From Macrostomum lignano (Eukaryota), in contig NIVC01001727.1 of the NCBI GenBank assembly GCA_002269645.1, positions 1-64,000 of the forward strand: DNA of 64,000 nucleotides, given 5' to 3'. The first letter of the stretch is position 1. Each line of letters begins with the position of its first letter. Below are positions 48,807 through 62,429 of the stretch, piece after piece. Below the pieces are notes generated by a model. The model was not told the origin of the DNA, did not search any database, and worked only from the letters and a program-made list of their open reading frames with translations. Both the position numbers and the translations under genes were made by a program.

Positions 48807-51800
48807 CTGGCGGTGGTGGCGGCGGGGGTGGCAGTGCAGGGAATGAGTCACCCTAGACAACTCTCTGTAAGAGTGCACCGTAGACAACTCTAACCTCTGT
48901 AAGACACCCTAGACAACTCTAACCTCTGTAAGACACCCTAGACAACTCTAACCTCTGTAAGACACCCTAGACAACTCTAACCTCTGTAAGACACCCTAGA
49001 CAACTCTAACCTCTGTAAGAGTGCACCCTAGACAACTCTAACCTCTGTAAGAGTGCACCCTAGACAACTCTAACCTCTGTAAGAGTGCACCCTAGACAAC
49101 TCTAACCTCTGTAAGAGTGCACCCTAGACAACTCTAACCTCTGTAAGACACCCTAGACAACTCTAATCTCTGTAAGACACCCTAGACAACTCTAACCTCT
49201 GTAAGACACCCTAGACAACTCTAACCTCTGTAAGACACCCTAGACAACTCTAATCTCTGTAAGACACCCTAGACAACTCTAACCTCTGTAAGACACCCTA
49301 GACAACTCTAACCTCTGTAAGACACCCTAGACAACTCTAACCTCTGTAAGACACCCTAGACAACTCTAACCTCTGTAAGAGTGCACCCTAGACAACTCTA
49401 ACCTCTGTAAGAGTGCACCCTAGACAACTCTAACCTCTGTAAGAGTGCACCCTAGACAACTTAACCTGATTACCTGATATCCCGAATCGTTGCAAGTCAT
49501 GTAGCACTTGCCGCAGTTGATGCACAAATCGTCGTTAACCAGAGCCACCACCTGCTGTTTATTATCGAGGTCGTAGTAGTTTCCAACCAGGCCGACACTG
49601 GCGCCAACAATGTCTGAAACTTTCGGAACTGGCTTCACGACCGGCCGCTGCCTCTGGGCCAAACCGGTTGAAGCCGGGTCAGGCTTGAGTAGGTCGCGAG
49701 TTCGAAGCAGCTCGTGCTCAAGCGCTTCCCTGCGCTGCTTGTAGGGCCCAAAGGCGGGCAGGGATTGGCCGGTAGCCAGCAGCGACTTGCCGCGCTGGTG
49801 CACCGGCGTTGGCGGGCTCTGGCCGGTCCAGTCCGCCAGGCCTGTTCCAGTTGAATGGGATAAATGGAGATTTAAGGTTTTCATTGGGCCTCGCTTCAGT
49901 CGTTAGAACAGCTGTGTTGTGTGTGCACTGGAGACACGTGGTCGAAAATGCCAAAACTGTTTGGCGTCAGGCAAGGCCAGCAGTCTAGTTCTTCCAGGTG
50001 GATTAATTAAAGTTGCTAGAGTCTCCGAATTGGTTGCTAGGGTCTTCGAATTGGTTGCTAGGGTCTTCGAATTGGTTGCTAGGGTCTTCGAATTGGTTGC
50101 TAGGGTCTTCGAATTGGTTGCTAGGGTCTTCGAATTGGTTGCTATGGTCTCGTATTTTGGTTGCTATGGTCTCGTATTTTGGTTGCTACGGTCTCGTACT
50201 TTGGTTGCTAGGGTCTCGTGTTTTTGTTGCCAGGGTCTCGTATTTTGGTTGCTCGGGTCTTTTTATCTTGGTCGCTAGGGTCATCGTATTTTGGTTGCAA
50301 CTCTTCGACTTGGTTGCTAGGGTCTCGAATTGGGTTGTTAGGTGTGCCTAATGGTTAGCTAAGAGCACCAAATATGTACAAAAGCGATTCTAGTAAAATC
50401 AACGAAAATGTGTACAATCTCACAAATAAAAAAATTAGACATCGGGCAAGAATTAGTTTGTAGTTTCTCAATAAACCTACTTGCAGTAGTCAAGCCAGAC
50501 AACTAGACCCCATCAGAAATTGACTCCCCCAATTTAATCATTCATCAATTTGACGGCAACATGCGCGAGCTGATAAGAGCGAGCAGCCGGTGCGAATCAT
50601 AAAATTCGCGTAATAAAGTTGATAAGAATTTTTTACAACTTTCGCCCATCGGTTCTAAATTGCAAGCTACAGAGCAGACAACCGGGAGGGGGTAGTAGCC
50701 GCCTGGATTAAAGATAAAAAATATGATTAAAGCTGGAAAAGTACGCGGTTTAAGACTTGAAAAGACACTGGATCAAGGACCATCTATTATTGGAAACTAT
50801 TGGAAATATACTCGTAGTATTATTGGAAATGGCCAATATCCACTTCTCTCTAATCTCCTCTCCTTTCGCCTCTCCTCTCCCGTTGTCTCCTTACGTATCC
50901 TTTATTCTCTTGCCTCTCCTTTCTCCTATCTCTCTTCTCTATCTCCTCTCTCCCCTCGGGCCCTCTCTCCCCATGCAACAGTTTCCCCACCTGGCCCTTG
51001 AGGTAAAATACTTTGCCGCCCCTCTGAAGTAATTAACTCTACTCGATAGCCCTATTAACCGATGAAGCAGCCAAAACGGCAAGATGCTGAATCAGACTGG
51101 GATTTCCAGCTCATCAGATGATGAATGGTCATTTAGCTTTACGGCGAAACCGACCTTTGTCTAGAAATACTCGTGATTTAATCTACTTTCCTTTGACCCG
51201 TTTTGCCGAGAAAAATCTGCACTACAAAAATCAGATTCTGGGGAACGTACTAAAATGAGGGCGTATAGGTTTCTCACTGGGACTGCAGCGATCATTTCTA
51301 AGAAAATGGAGTGTAGCCTGACATTAGACACCAGACATTAGACACCAGACATTAGACACCGGACATTAGACACCAGACATTAGACACCAGACATTAGACA
51401 TTAGACATTAGACACTAGACATTAGACACCAGACATTAGACACCGGAGATTAGACACCAGACATTAGACACCGGACATTAGACACCAGACATTAGACACT
51501 AGACATTAGACACCAGACATTAGACACCAGACATTAGACACCAGACATTAGACACCAGACATTAGACACCAGACATTAGACATTAGACATTAGACACTAG
51601 ACATTAGACACCAGACATTAGACACCGGAGATTAGACACCAGACATTAGACACCGGACATTAGACACCAGACATTAGACACTAGACATTAGACACCAGAC
51701 ATTAGACACCAGACATTAGACACCGGAGATTAGACACCAGACATTAGACACCAGACATTAGACACCAGACATTAGACACCAGACATTAGACACCGGACAT

Positions 51801-54800
51801 TAGACACCAGACATTAGACACTAGACATTAGACACCAGACATTAGACACCAGACATTAGACACCAGACATTAGACACCAGACATTAGACACCGGACATTA
51901 GACACCAGACATTAGACACCAGACATTAGACACTAGACATTAGACACCAGACATTAGACACCAGACATTAGACACCGGACATTAGACACCAGACATTAGA
52001 CACCAGACATTAGACACCGACATTAGACACCAGACATTAGACACCAGACATTAGACACCAGACATTAGACACCAGACATTAGACACCAGACATTAGACAC
52101 CAGACATTAGACACCGGAGATTAGACACCAGACATTAGACACCAGACATTAGACACCAGACATTAGACACCGGAGATTAGACACCAGACATTAGACACCG
52201 GACATTAGACACCAGACATTAGACACTAGACATTAGACACCAGACATTAGACACCAGACATTAGACACCAGACATTAGACACCAGACATTAGACACCAGA
52301 CATTAGACACCAGACATTAGACACCAGACATTAGACACCAGACATTAGACACCAGACATTAGACACCAGACATTAGACACCAGACATTAGACACCAGACA
52401 TTAGACACCGGACATTAGACACCAGACATTAGACACTAGACATTAGACACCAGACATTAGACACCAGACATTAGACACCAGACATTAGACACCAGACATT
52501 AGACACCGGACATTAGACACCAGACATTAGACACTAGACATTAGACACCAGACATTAGACACCAGACATTAGACACCAGACATTAGACACCAGACATTAG
52601 ACACCAGACATTAGACACCAGACATTAGACACCGGAGATTAGACACCGGACATTAGACACCAGACATTAGACACTAGACATTAGACACCAGACATTAGAC
52701 ACCAGACATTAGACACCAGACATTAGACACCAGACATTAGACACCAGACATTAGACACCGGAGATTAGACACCAGACATTAGACACCGGACATTAGACAC
52801 CAGACATTAGACACTAGACATTAGACACCAGACATTAGACACCAGACATTAGACACCAGACATTAGACACCAGACATTAGACACCAGACATTAGACACCA
52901 GACATTAGACACCAGACATTAGACACCGGACATTAGACACCAGACATTAGACACTAGACATTAGACACCAGACATTAGACACCAGACATTAGACACCAGA
53001 CATTAGACACCAGACATTAGACACCAGACATTAGACACCAGACATTAGACACCAGACATTAGACACCGGAGATTAGACACCAGACATTAGACACCAGACA
53101 TTAGACACCAGACATTAGACACCAGACATTAGACACCAGACATTAGACACCAGACATTAGACACCAGACATTAGACACCGGACATTAGACACCAGACATT
53201 AGACACTAGACATTAGACACCAGACATTAGACACCAGACATTAGACACCAGACATTAGACACCAGACATTAGACACCAGACATTAGACACCGGAGATTAG
53301 ACACCGGACATTAGACACCAGACATTAGACACCAGACATTAGACACCAGACATTAGACACCGGAGATTAGACACCAGACATTAGACACCGGACATTAGAC
53401 ACCAGACATTAGACACCGGAGATTAGACACCAGACATTAGACATCAGACATTAGACACCAGACATTAGACACCAGACATTAGACACCGGAGATTAGACAC
53501 CAGACATTAGCCATCAGACATTAGACACCAGACATTAGACACCAGACATTAGACACTGGAGATTAGACACCAGACATTAGACACCAGACATTAGACACCG
53601 GAGATTAGACACCAGACATTAGACATCAGACATTAGACACCAAACATTAGACACCAGACATTAGACACCGGAGATTAGACACCAGACATTAGACACCAGA
53701 CATTAGACACCAGACATTAGACACCAGACATTAGACACCAGACATTAGACACCAGACATTAGACACCAGACATTAGACACCAGACATTAGACACCGGACA
53801 TTAGACACCAGACATTAGACACCAGACATTAGACACCAGACATTAGACACCGGAGATTAGACACTAGACATTAGACACCGGACATTAGACACCAGACATT
53901 AGACAAATAGACGAGACAGAGCCACATAAACCTTAAAATACTGAAATCTCAAGCAACACACGATGATGCATCAGCTGATAGCAGATAGTAACTAAAACAA
54001 ACTGACTGAGCAGAGCTGCTCAAGCACTGCAGCTAAGCTAGAGAGGAGAAAGCTGCAGCAGAAGGCCCAGGCAACGCCAGCCTGTCAGAGCTGTCAGCCT
54101 CGCAGCCCTATCGATTTTCGGCCTCAGTTTCAGCTGCTGAGGGACACGCCGGGAGTAAAAAAAATCGCCAGCGCAATGAAAGCCCATGGAGACTGGAGCA
54201 CATCCTCCTCACCACTGCCACTGCCTAATCCTAGCAGGCAGAGTCCGCTAGACAGGCAGGAATGAAGTAGAAGAGAATTATTGTAGATAATGCTAATTCA
54301 CCGCCAATGCTGGCTCGCTTCTTTTTCGAGTTCGCTCCGAATTCCCCTGGCAACTGCATAACCCTAAGCGCAGGGATTGTACTAGGCGAAATCGCGCTGA
54401 TTTGGGCAATTTTTGAGATCTAGCGATATGGGAAATGCAATCTGTATGCTCCCAACTGTCTTCCTGAGGGGATTCTGCAATGAAAGAATCCAGTTTGAAA
54501 TTTGAACTCATTACTCAGGCCGCGATTCCTTGTTCCGTTTTGATTTTAAATCAGTTTTTAATGAGAATTAAATTTTTGTTAAGCCTTTTTTCGACGGGAA
54601 CACTGCCCTAACACCCACCCCAAAGCACCCTTCCCAAACCAAACACACAAGAAACACCCACCCCACAACACCCACCCCAAAACACTCACCCCAAAACACC
54701 CACCCCACAACACCCACCCCAAAACACCCACCCCAAAACACCCACCCCAAAACACCCACCCCAAAACACCCTTACCGTCCAGGGACTTCAAGTACAGCAA

Positions 54801-57800
54801 GGTTTTCAATCCGGTGACATAGTCGTCAATCAAAGTGAAGTCCTGATTCTGCACAGCGCTGCACACCTGTGAATTTGGAATGGATATTGTGCAGAATTTA
54901 GACTTCAACTCGACTGCGCAAATACAATACGAGCGGACTGAAACGATCGCCAGCTGCCCCGTAGAAAAAAGCCAAATAGGCTGCAAAATTTCCTAACCTT
55001 GTCGGGCCAAAATGCGGTATACTGCTGGAGAAGCCCTAGCTAATTAAAAAAGACGAGGCCTTATTGCTGGATTGCGTTTCGCGGAGGTAAGAAGGCCTCT
55101 TGTGCGTCAGGATCAGACAAATTCAAGGCGATGAGAGCTGCAGGGTGAAGGGCTGCCCAAGGTTTGGGTGCAGCTCGCTAGCTGACTATTTATCTAGCTG
55201 TCAAAGATACAGTCAAGTACAGTTGAGTTTCTATCGAAATTATGAATTATGAAATTATGAAACTGGGAAAGAAGTTGGGATAGAAGTTGGGAAAGATTCT
55301 AGTATGGATGCTTAGAGACCGTTTTCGCATGTGAATAAATGGCGATTTAAGTATTTGTATGCCGCTGGCGGAATTGTCTACTGCATAGATAAGATTCCGG
55401 GTCCCTGACTCTCCGGCTGTATGACTCTCCAACTGTCTGACTCTCCAACAGTCTGACTCTCCGACTATCTGACTCTCCAGCAGTCTGACTCTCCGACTAT
55501 CTGACTCTCCAGCAGTCTGACTCTCCGACTGTCTGACTCTACAACAGTCTGACTCTCCGACTATCTGACTCTCCAACAGTCTGACTCTCCGACTATCTGA
55601 CTCTCCAACAGTCTGACTCTCCGACTGTCTGACTCTCCGACTGTCTGACTCTCCGACTGTCTGACTCTCCGACTGTCTGACTCTCCGACTGTCTGACTCT
55701 CCGACTATCTGACTCTCCCAATGTCTGACTCTCCGACTATCTGACTCTCCGACTATCTGACTCTCCGAATGTATGACTCTCCGACTATCTGACTCTCCGA
55801 CTGTCTGACTCTCCGACTATCTGACTCTCCGACTGTCTGACTCTCCAACAGTCTGACCCTCCGAATGTATGACTCTCCGACTGTCTGACTCTCCGACTAT
55901 CTGACTCTCCGACTGTCTGACTCTCCGACTATCTGACTCTCCGACTATCTGACTCTCCGACTGTCTGACTCTACGACTATCTGACTCTCCGACTGTCTGA
56001 CTCTCCGACTATCTGACTCTCTGACTGTCTGACTCTCTGACTGTCTGACTCTTCGACTGTCTGACTCTCCTTTTGTGAAAATTCAGGGGAATTTTTGGAG
56101 AATCTTTGAAAATCTCTGGAAATCTTTGGAAATTTTGCAAATTTATATGGCAAGAGTTGGAAAAATTTCCTGATCCAGACGCCAGCGGTAGATGCTACTC
56201 AAGTCTGCGGAAACTCTGAACTCTGTCACAAGCACCTGGTGCAATGCAGGCATATTCGGCTTAGCAATTGTGAATGAAGGGTGGCGAGAAAGCGGGCAGG
56301 CGCTTCCTGTGTTGAAGCGCGGTGCCTCTCCTGAATCTGCAATTAAGTCGGCTGCGAAGAATTCGTAGGCGTTGGCGGCAGCTGGGATTGAAGAAAGCGC
56401 ATGTCCGCTCAGGGGATTAGCGGCAGTGGGGGGTTGGAGACCAAGGCGATCTTGAACAGGAATTTGGAGTAGGCCAACTCCCCATGCTGCTTAAAGACTT
56501 TTGCAGGGGTTTAGGTCAGAAACTCACACCGTAAGTCGGAATCATGGGCATTAGAAGGACACTACAAGCGTACACTCGCGAATCTTTAGATTATAGATTA
56601 GCTCTTTTGCGTAGCGCTAAATGAGGTTTCTCCATAGACAAGTTCAGTTGAGAAATATTCGCGCTAGAAAAAGACGCAAAAGAGATAAGAACAACAGAAG
56701 TCTCGCCGGAGCCAGGCTTGCTTGCCGGGCCAAAGTGGGAATAAAAACGTTTCTGTAGTCTATGGCCGGTCCCGAGTGATTTAGATAAAATTCTGTAGTC
56801 TATGGCCAGGCTCAAGTGAGGAATAAATACAACTCTGTAGTCTATGGCCAGGCTCAAGTGAGGAATAAATACAACTCTGTAGTCTATGGCCAGGCTCAAG
56901 TGAGGAATAATTACAACTCTGTAGTCTATGGCCAGGCTCAAGTGAGGAATAATTACAACTCTGTAGTCTATGGCCAGGCTCAAGTGAGGAATAATTACAA
57001 CTCTGTAGTCTATGGCCAGGCTCAAGTGAGGAATAAATGCAAGTCTGTAGTCTATGGCCAGGCTCAAGTGAGGAATAAATGCAAGTCTGTAGTCTATGGC
57101 CAGGCTCAAGTGAGGAATAAATGCAAGTCTGTAGTCTATGGCCAGGCTCAAGTGAGGAATAAATGCAAGTCTGTAGTCTATGGCCAGGCTCAAGTGAGGA
57201 ATAAATGCAAGTCTGTAGTCTATGGCCAGGCTCAAGTGAGGAATAAATGCAAGTCTGTAGTCTATGGCCAGGCTCAAGTGAGGAATAAATACAATTCCAT
57301 AGAGCAGAGCTTACAAAAGTTGGTTCAAGCTAATAGAGGTTTTTGTTATTATATGTATATTCATAAGTTATTTTTACTCAGCCAAGGAAGAGCTCGCCTC
57401 TCCGGATTTCGGGTCCTGTCCTCCTTGACTAGTCCTCTGGGACTTAGCAGCTCCCTATCCAATATTTTCTCTTCCTCTCGCTGACCTTCGCTTTTCGGTT
57501 TTTATTCGATTTTAAAGAAGAATTTTTTACTTCGCACAGGGGAAATCTGAACTGCGACACCGCGTGCCAAGTTAAAAAGGGTCCGGACTGGCTACAGAAA
57601 ATGGAATTTCAGTTTTCTCGAGTTAACCAACCAACTGCGTGGGCTGGCAGCTTGCAGGAAGTCCGCCATGGAATTTAATTTCATTCCTTTTTCGATGCCT
57701 CGCACAGGCTGGGACACCTGGAGAGCGCGTGTCTGCGGCGGGCCCGAGCGTCAGTAACTACGGGGAGCTGACCGACAGACAAGAAAGTACATTTAGCAGG

Positions 57801-60800
57801 CGCCAAACAGGATTATATGGGAATCCGTGGACGGCACTTAATCCATTTGTAGCGAATTCGAATCGATCTAGGCCGCCGATTCAATATAAGCCTTATTCAA
57901 GCCTGCAACTAATCAATTATTCAGTTAGCTTCTTCAATAACGGGCCTGGAAAAGATAGCAGCATTCGGCAAGACAAAATTCGATTTCCGTGCTGTTACTT
58001 GCTGAGACGAACTTGCACGAGTTGGTACAAGTTGGTACAGACAGAGAAGTCCTTATTCTTTTCAGGAGAAAACTATCTACATTAACTGCCCTGTCTGCTG
58101 CTGTGAAATCAATGCCTCAACGTGTTTCACTCAATAAATAAATTTATTACTCTGATAAAATTTTCTAATATAGGCTGTCCAAAAATAAGATTTATAGGTC
58201 AAAGTTATCGTTTAGGCTTCACAATCAATGGTTCCCACCGATTTTTATGTTTCAAGGTCAAGGCTACACTGATTGAGAAGTTTCAAGGTCAAGACTACTG
58301 ATTGAGAAGTCTAAAGGTCACGGCTACTGATTGAGAAGTCTAAAGGTCAAGGCTACTGATTGAGAAGTCTAAAGGTCAAGGCTACTGATTGAGAAGTTTC
58401 AAGGTCAAGGCTACTGATTGAGAAGTTTCAAGGTCAAGGCTACTGATTGAGAAGTCTAAAGGTCAAGGCTACTGATTGAGAAGTCTAAAGGTCAAGGCTA
58501 CTGATTGAGAAGTCTAAAGGTCAAGGCTACTGATTGAGAAGTCTAAAGGTCAAGGCTACTGATTGAGAAGTTTCAAGGTCAAGGCTACTGATTGAGAAGT
58601 CTAAAGGTCAAGGCTACTGATTGAGAAGTTTCAAGGTCAAGGCTACTGATTGAGAAGTCTAAAGGTCAAGGCTACTGATTGAGAAGTTTCAAGGTCAAGG
58701 CTACTGATTGAGAAGTCTAAAGGTCAAGGCTACTGATTGAGAAGTCTTAAGGTCACGGCTAGTGATTGAGAAGTCTAAAGGTCAAGGCTACTGATTGAGA
58801 AGTCTAAAGGTCAAGGCTACTGATTGAGAAGTTTCAAGGTCAAGGCTACTGATTGAGAAGTCTAAAGGTCAAGGCTACTGATTGAGAAGTCTAAAGGTCA
58901 AGGCTACTGATTGAGAAGTCTAAAGGTCAAGGCTACTGATTGAGAAGTCTAAAGGTCAAGGCTACTGATTGAGAAGTTTCAAGGTCAAGGCTACTGATTG
59001 AGAAGTCTAAAGGTCAAGGCTACTGATTGAGAAGTTTCAAGGTCAAGGCTACTGATTGAGAAGTCTAAAGGTCAAGGCTACTGATTGAGAAGTTTCAAGG
59101 TCAAGGCTACTGATTGAGAAGTCTAAAGGTCAAGGCTACTGATTGAGAAGTCTTAAGGTCACGGCTAGTGATTGAGAAGTCTAAAGGTCAAGGCTACTGA
59201 TTGAGAAGTCTAAAGGTCAAGGCTACTGATTGAGAAGTTTCAAGGTCAAGGCTACTGATTGAGAAGTCTAAAGGTCAAGGCTACTGATTGAGAAGTTTCA
59301 AGGTCACGGCTAGTGATTGAGAAGTCTAAAGGTCAAGGCTACACTGATTGAGAAGTCTAAAGGTCAATGCTACTGAATACTGATCGAGAAGTTTCAAGGT
59401 CACGGCTACTGATTGAGAAGTCTAAAGGTCAAGGCTACTGATTGAGAAGTCTAAAAGTCAAGGCTACTGATTGAGAAGTCTAAAGGTCACGGCTACTGAT
59501 TGAGAAGTCTAAAGGTCAAGGCTACTGATTGAGAAGTCTAAAGGTCACGGCTACTGATTGAGAAGTCTAAAGGTCAAGGCTACTGATTGAGAAGTCTAAA
59601 GGTCACGGCTACTGATTGAGAAGTCTAAAGGTCAAGGCTACTGATTAAAAGTTTACCGATGAAGGTTACCGGTTGAAAAGTTTAAAAACCAGAAATCTTC
59701 TACAAAACTTTGGAAGCATTATTGTAAAAATAAACCAACGAGTCAGCTCTCAAAGTCAAAGCTCACCTGCAGCACTGACGCGCCGGCGTACAGGAACTGG
59801 ATGCCCGCGTCCGCCGAATCGATGCCGCCCGTAGCCAGGATAGGAAAGCCGGGCATGTCACGCGCAATGTTCGACACGGCACGCAGGGCGATCGGGCGAA
59901 TGGCGTTGCCAGACACGCCGCCGTAGGTGGTTTTCTGCTGGCGGCCGATTCGCGGCCACGGTCGGCCATTTGCGTCCAGCCCCATCAGGCCGGACACCGT
60001 GTTGGTGGCCGTGACTCCGTCGGCGCCTCCCTCCTTGGCGGCGCGGGCAATGTCCAACACGCTAGTGACGTTCGGCGTCAGCTTGGCGAACACGGGAATC
60101 TTTACGGCCGCCTTCACCCAGCGGCAGATGTTGCGCACCAGCTCGGGAGACTGGCCGCAAGCCAGGCCCATGCCCTTCTCGCCCATGCCGTGCGGGCAGG
60201 ACATGTTTAGCTCGAGCGCGTCCGCCCCAGCCTGCTCGGACATGACGGCCAGCTGCGTCCAGTCCTCCTCTGAGTAGCCGCACATCACCGACGCGATGAG
60301 AACCTTCTCGGGGAAGTCGCGCTTCAATTCGGTGATGCTGCGGCACCAGTAGGCGGCCCGCTTCTCGCTGATCAGCTCAATGTTCAGGAAGGAGCCCTGG
60401 CCAGGCCCGTAGTTGTGCCCGGAAGTGGTGCCCCGGACAATCCTGGGCGACACGTTGGTGATGATGTCCTTGTCCAGCACGAATGTTTTGGTCAGGGCGA
60501 AGCCCCAGCCAGCTTCGAACGCCTTGCGAATCATCGCGCTAGTCGTGGTTGGCGGCGCGCTGGCCAGACCGAACGGGTTCTCGAAGCGCAGGCCGCACAT
60601 CTGCACGCTGATGTCAACTGAATCGATTGGCGAGTAGAACTTCGGCAGCCGCGGCTCCACAGGGATCTCCTCGGAGGCGGAGTCGCTGCCGACGGACTGC
60701 AAGTAGCGGTGCATGCTCCAGGCAGCCATCTTGCCGTCGTTGACGGATTCCACCGTCGTCTGGGCGACTCCGGCCACGTCGCCGCCAGCGAACACCCAGG

Positions 60801-62127
60801 GCTCGCTAGTTGCCATGGTGACCGAGTCCACCACTGGCAGACTCCAGCGGTTGAGCTTCACCGGAGCGATGGCTTCGATCAGATCCGGGTCCTGCAGTCC
60901 GGAGCCGAACGCCGAGATCAGGTAGTTGGCCTTCAGCCGCACGATTTGCTCCTCGTCCTCGCACCAGTCGCCGTTGTCGTCCTGCTCTGTGCGGCAGAAC
61001 TCCACGCCGGTGATGCGGCCATCCTCCCTAGTCAGCACCTTGCGCGGCGACAGGAACGGGTGGAACTCGCAGTTCTCTTCCCTGGCCAAATCCATCTCCT
61101 CCGGCACCGGACTGATGGTTGTGAAGCCTTTGCGGAACACCACAAACACTCGGCGGGCGCCGCAGCGCAGCGCCGAAGTGGCGCAATCGAAGGCGGTGTC
61201 GCCGGCGCCAAGCACGATGACGGAGCCGCTGAGCTGCGGCAGCGAAGGTCCACCGCCTCCGCCGCAGCCGCACATGCCTGGCTTTGAAGCGGCTGCCACC
61301 AGCGGCAGAAACTCCTTAGACGTGTAGAATCCCTGCTCAACCGTGAGCCCCTTGAACGCTGGAATCAGTTTCGGATTCGGCAGCCCGAAGCCCAGGAAAG
61401 CGCAGGCGTAGCCCTCGGACTTCAGCGAGGCCAGAGTTCGTCCGGCCTTGACTGAAAGCGGCGCCTCGAGCCGGATGTTGACGCCGAGGTCCTTCACTAG
61501 CTGCACTTCGTAGTCGACCACGTTGAATGGCAGACGGAACTGCGGTATCTCGGTGCTGCTCAGGCCGCCAACCGTGGCAGAGCGCTCGAAAATGTCCACC
61601 CGGCTGTAGCCGAGTCTGGCGAGAAACGTGGCGCAGCTGAGGCTGGCCGGGCCGCAGCCGATCAGCGCCACGGGCTGCTGGTAGGCCGGCAGGTCGCGAT
61701 TTCCGGCCAGTTCCGGTGGCACCACCTGCGGCAGACGCATCTGCATGAACGTCTCGGTGGCGAAGTGCTGAAGTCCCCCGATGTTGATGGGGCCCTCCTC
61801 ACTGGCGTACAGGTTGCAGCCTCCGACGCAGAGGTCGCTGGTCGGGCACACCATGCCGCAGGTGAGCCCGAGTGGATTGTCGGAAAAGATCGACCTAGCC
61901 GCTCCGTAGTAGTTCTTGTTGGCTATTGAAGTAATGAACGACTTGACGTCTATCTGGGTTGGGCAGCCTTTCTGGCAAGGAGCGTCGGCACACTTCAGAC
62001 AGCGGGCAGCTTCGCGCAGGGCGCCCCGCTCGGATAGCGTCGTGTGCTTGATGTCGCGAAAGTCGCGCTCTAAGGGATGACAGGTGCTGCAGTTTTTGTC
62101 CTTGTTGCGCTTCCAGTGAGCCTTGCC
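48594..62127 (-). CDS. DPYD: Dihydropyrimidine dehydrogenase [NADP+]; first about 35 codons not located
   Basis: Exons 59767-62127, 54776-54866, 49474-49841, 48594-48806 join in frame: [108 protein letters not shown]. Confidence 0.97.
48851..49465. repeat. 29/32 bp minisatellite CTAGACAACTCTAACCTCTGTAAGA(GTG)CACC, about 20 copies
   Basis: Fills DPYD intron 48807-49473. Confidence 0.95.
49474..49841 (-). CDS. DPYD: DPYD exon LADWTGQSP...NDSGYQ
   Basis: gaacag|GC ... CAG|GTAATC. Confidence 0.93.
50025..50340. repeat. 21 bp minisatellite GAATTGGTTGCTAGGGTCTTC, degenerating rightwards
   Basis: Read directly. Confidence 0.9.
51320..53906. repeat. 14 bp minisatellite GACATTAGACACCA, about 185 copies
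   Basis: Read directly; recurring variant units CCGGAC, CCGGAG, CTAGAC. Confidence 0.97.
54640..54770. repeat. 14 bp repeat CACCCCAAAACACC next to a DPYD donor
   Basis: Read directly. Confidence 0.85.
54776..54866 (-). CDS. DPYD: DPYD exon [30 protein letters not shown]
   Basis: cacag|GTG ... G|GTAAGG. Confidence 0.93.
55402..56068. repeat. 16 bp minisatellite CTGACTCTCCGACT(A/G)T, about 41 copies
   Basis: Read directly. Confidence 0.95.
56750..57295. repeat. 42 bp minisatellite TCTGTAGTCTATGGCCAGGCTCAAGTGAGGAATAAATACAAC, about 12 copies
   Basis: Read directly. Confidence 0.95.
58250..59646. repeat. 29 bp minisatellite TCAAGGCTACTGATTGAGAAGTCTAAAGG, about 48 copies
   Basis: Read directly. 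Confidence 0.96.
59767..62127 (-). CDS. DPYD: DPYD large exon, 2361 nt
   Basis: ttcag|GGC AAG GCT CAC TGG ... CTG CAG|GTGAGC. Confidence 0.96.
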
Positions 62128-62429
62128 CTGAATAAATAATGGGTAATGATTTGGTTCTGTATTTATTCTGTACTTTTACTAGTGGCTACATTATTCCGAA
62201 TTGGCCCTAAGTAGCGGCACTGTTAATGGCTCTTCTCTTTGTACATTGGGTATAACAGCTTTCTGACGTTTTTATTGAGCCAAAATTTATTGTGCCCTAG
62301 GTCGGGCGGGCGTGCATTGGGTGAACAATAAAAACTATCCTATCTTAGTCAGACTCGTTTCTCAGTCGTTCAGACGGCCACCGATAAATAAATAAACGGG
62401 AGAGATTATATACTTCTATTCCGCAGAAA

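Noticed and set aside
56090-56590. Minus-strand decayed reading with FPTLA, reminiscent of a hAT dimerisation domain
   Set aside because: The downstream SERxFS motif is absent and frames are broken, so no call is supportable.
56591-57484. 222-228 aa repetitive ORFs on both strands
   Set aside because: Translation of the 42-bp array.
59927-61327. Plus-strand ORFs opposite DPYD (and similar ones opposite RSF1 and the LINE)
   Set aside because: Antisense shadows of GC-rich coding DNA with no recognisable motifs.
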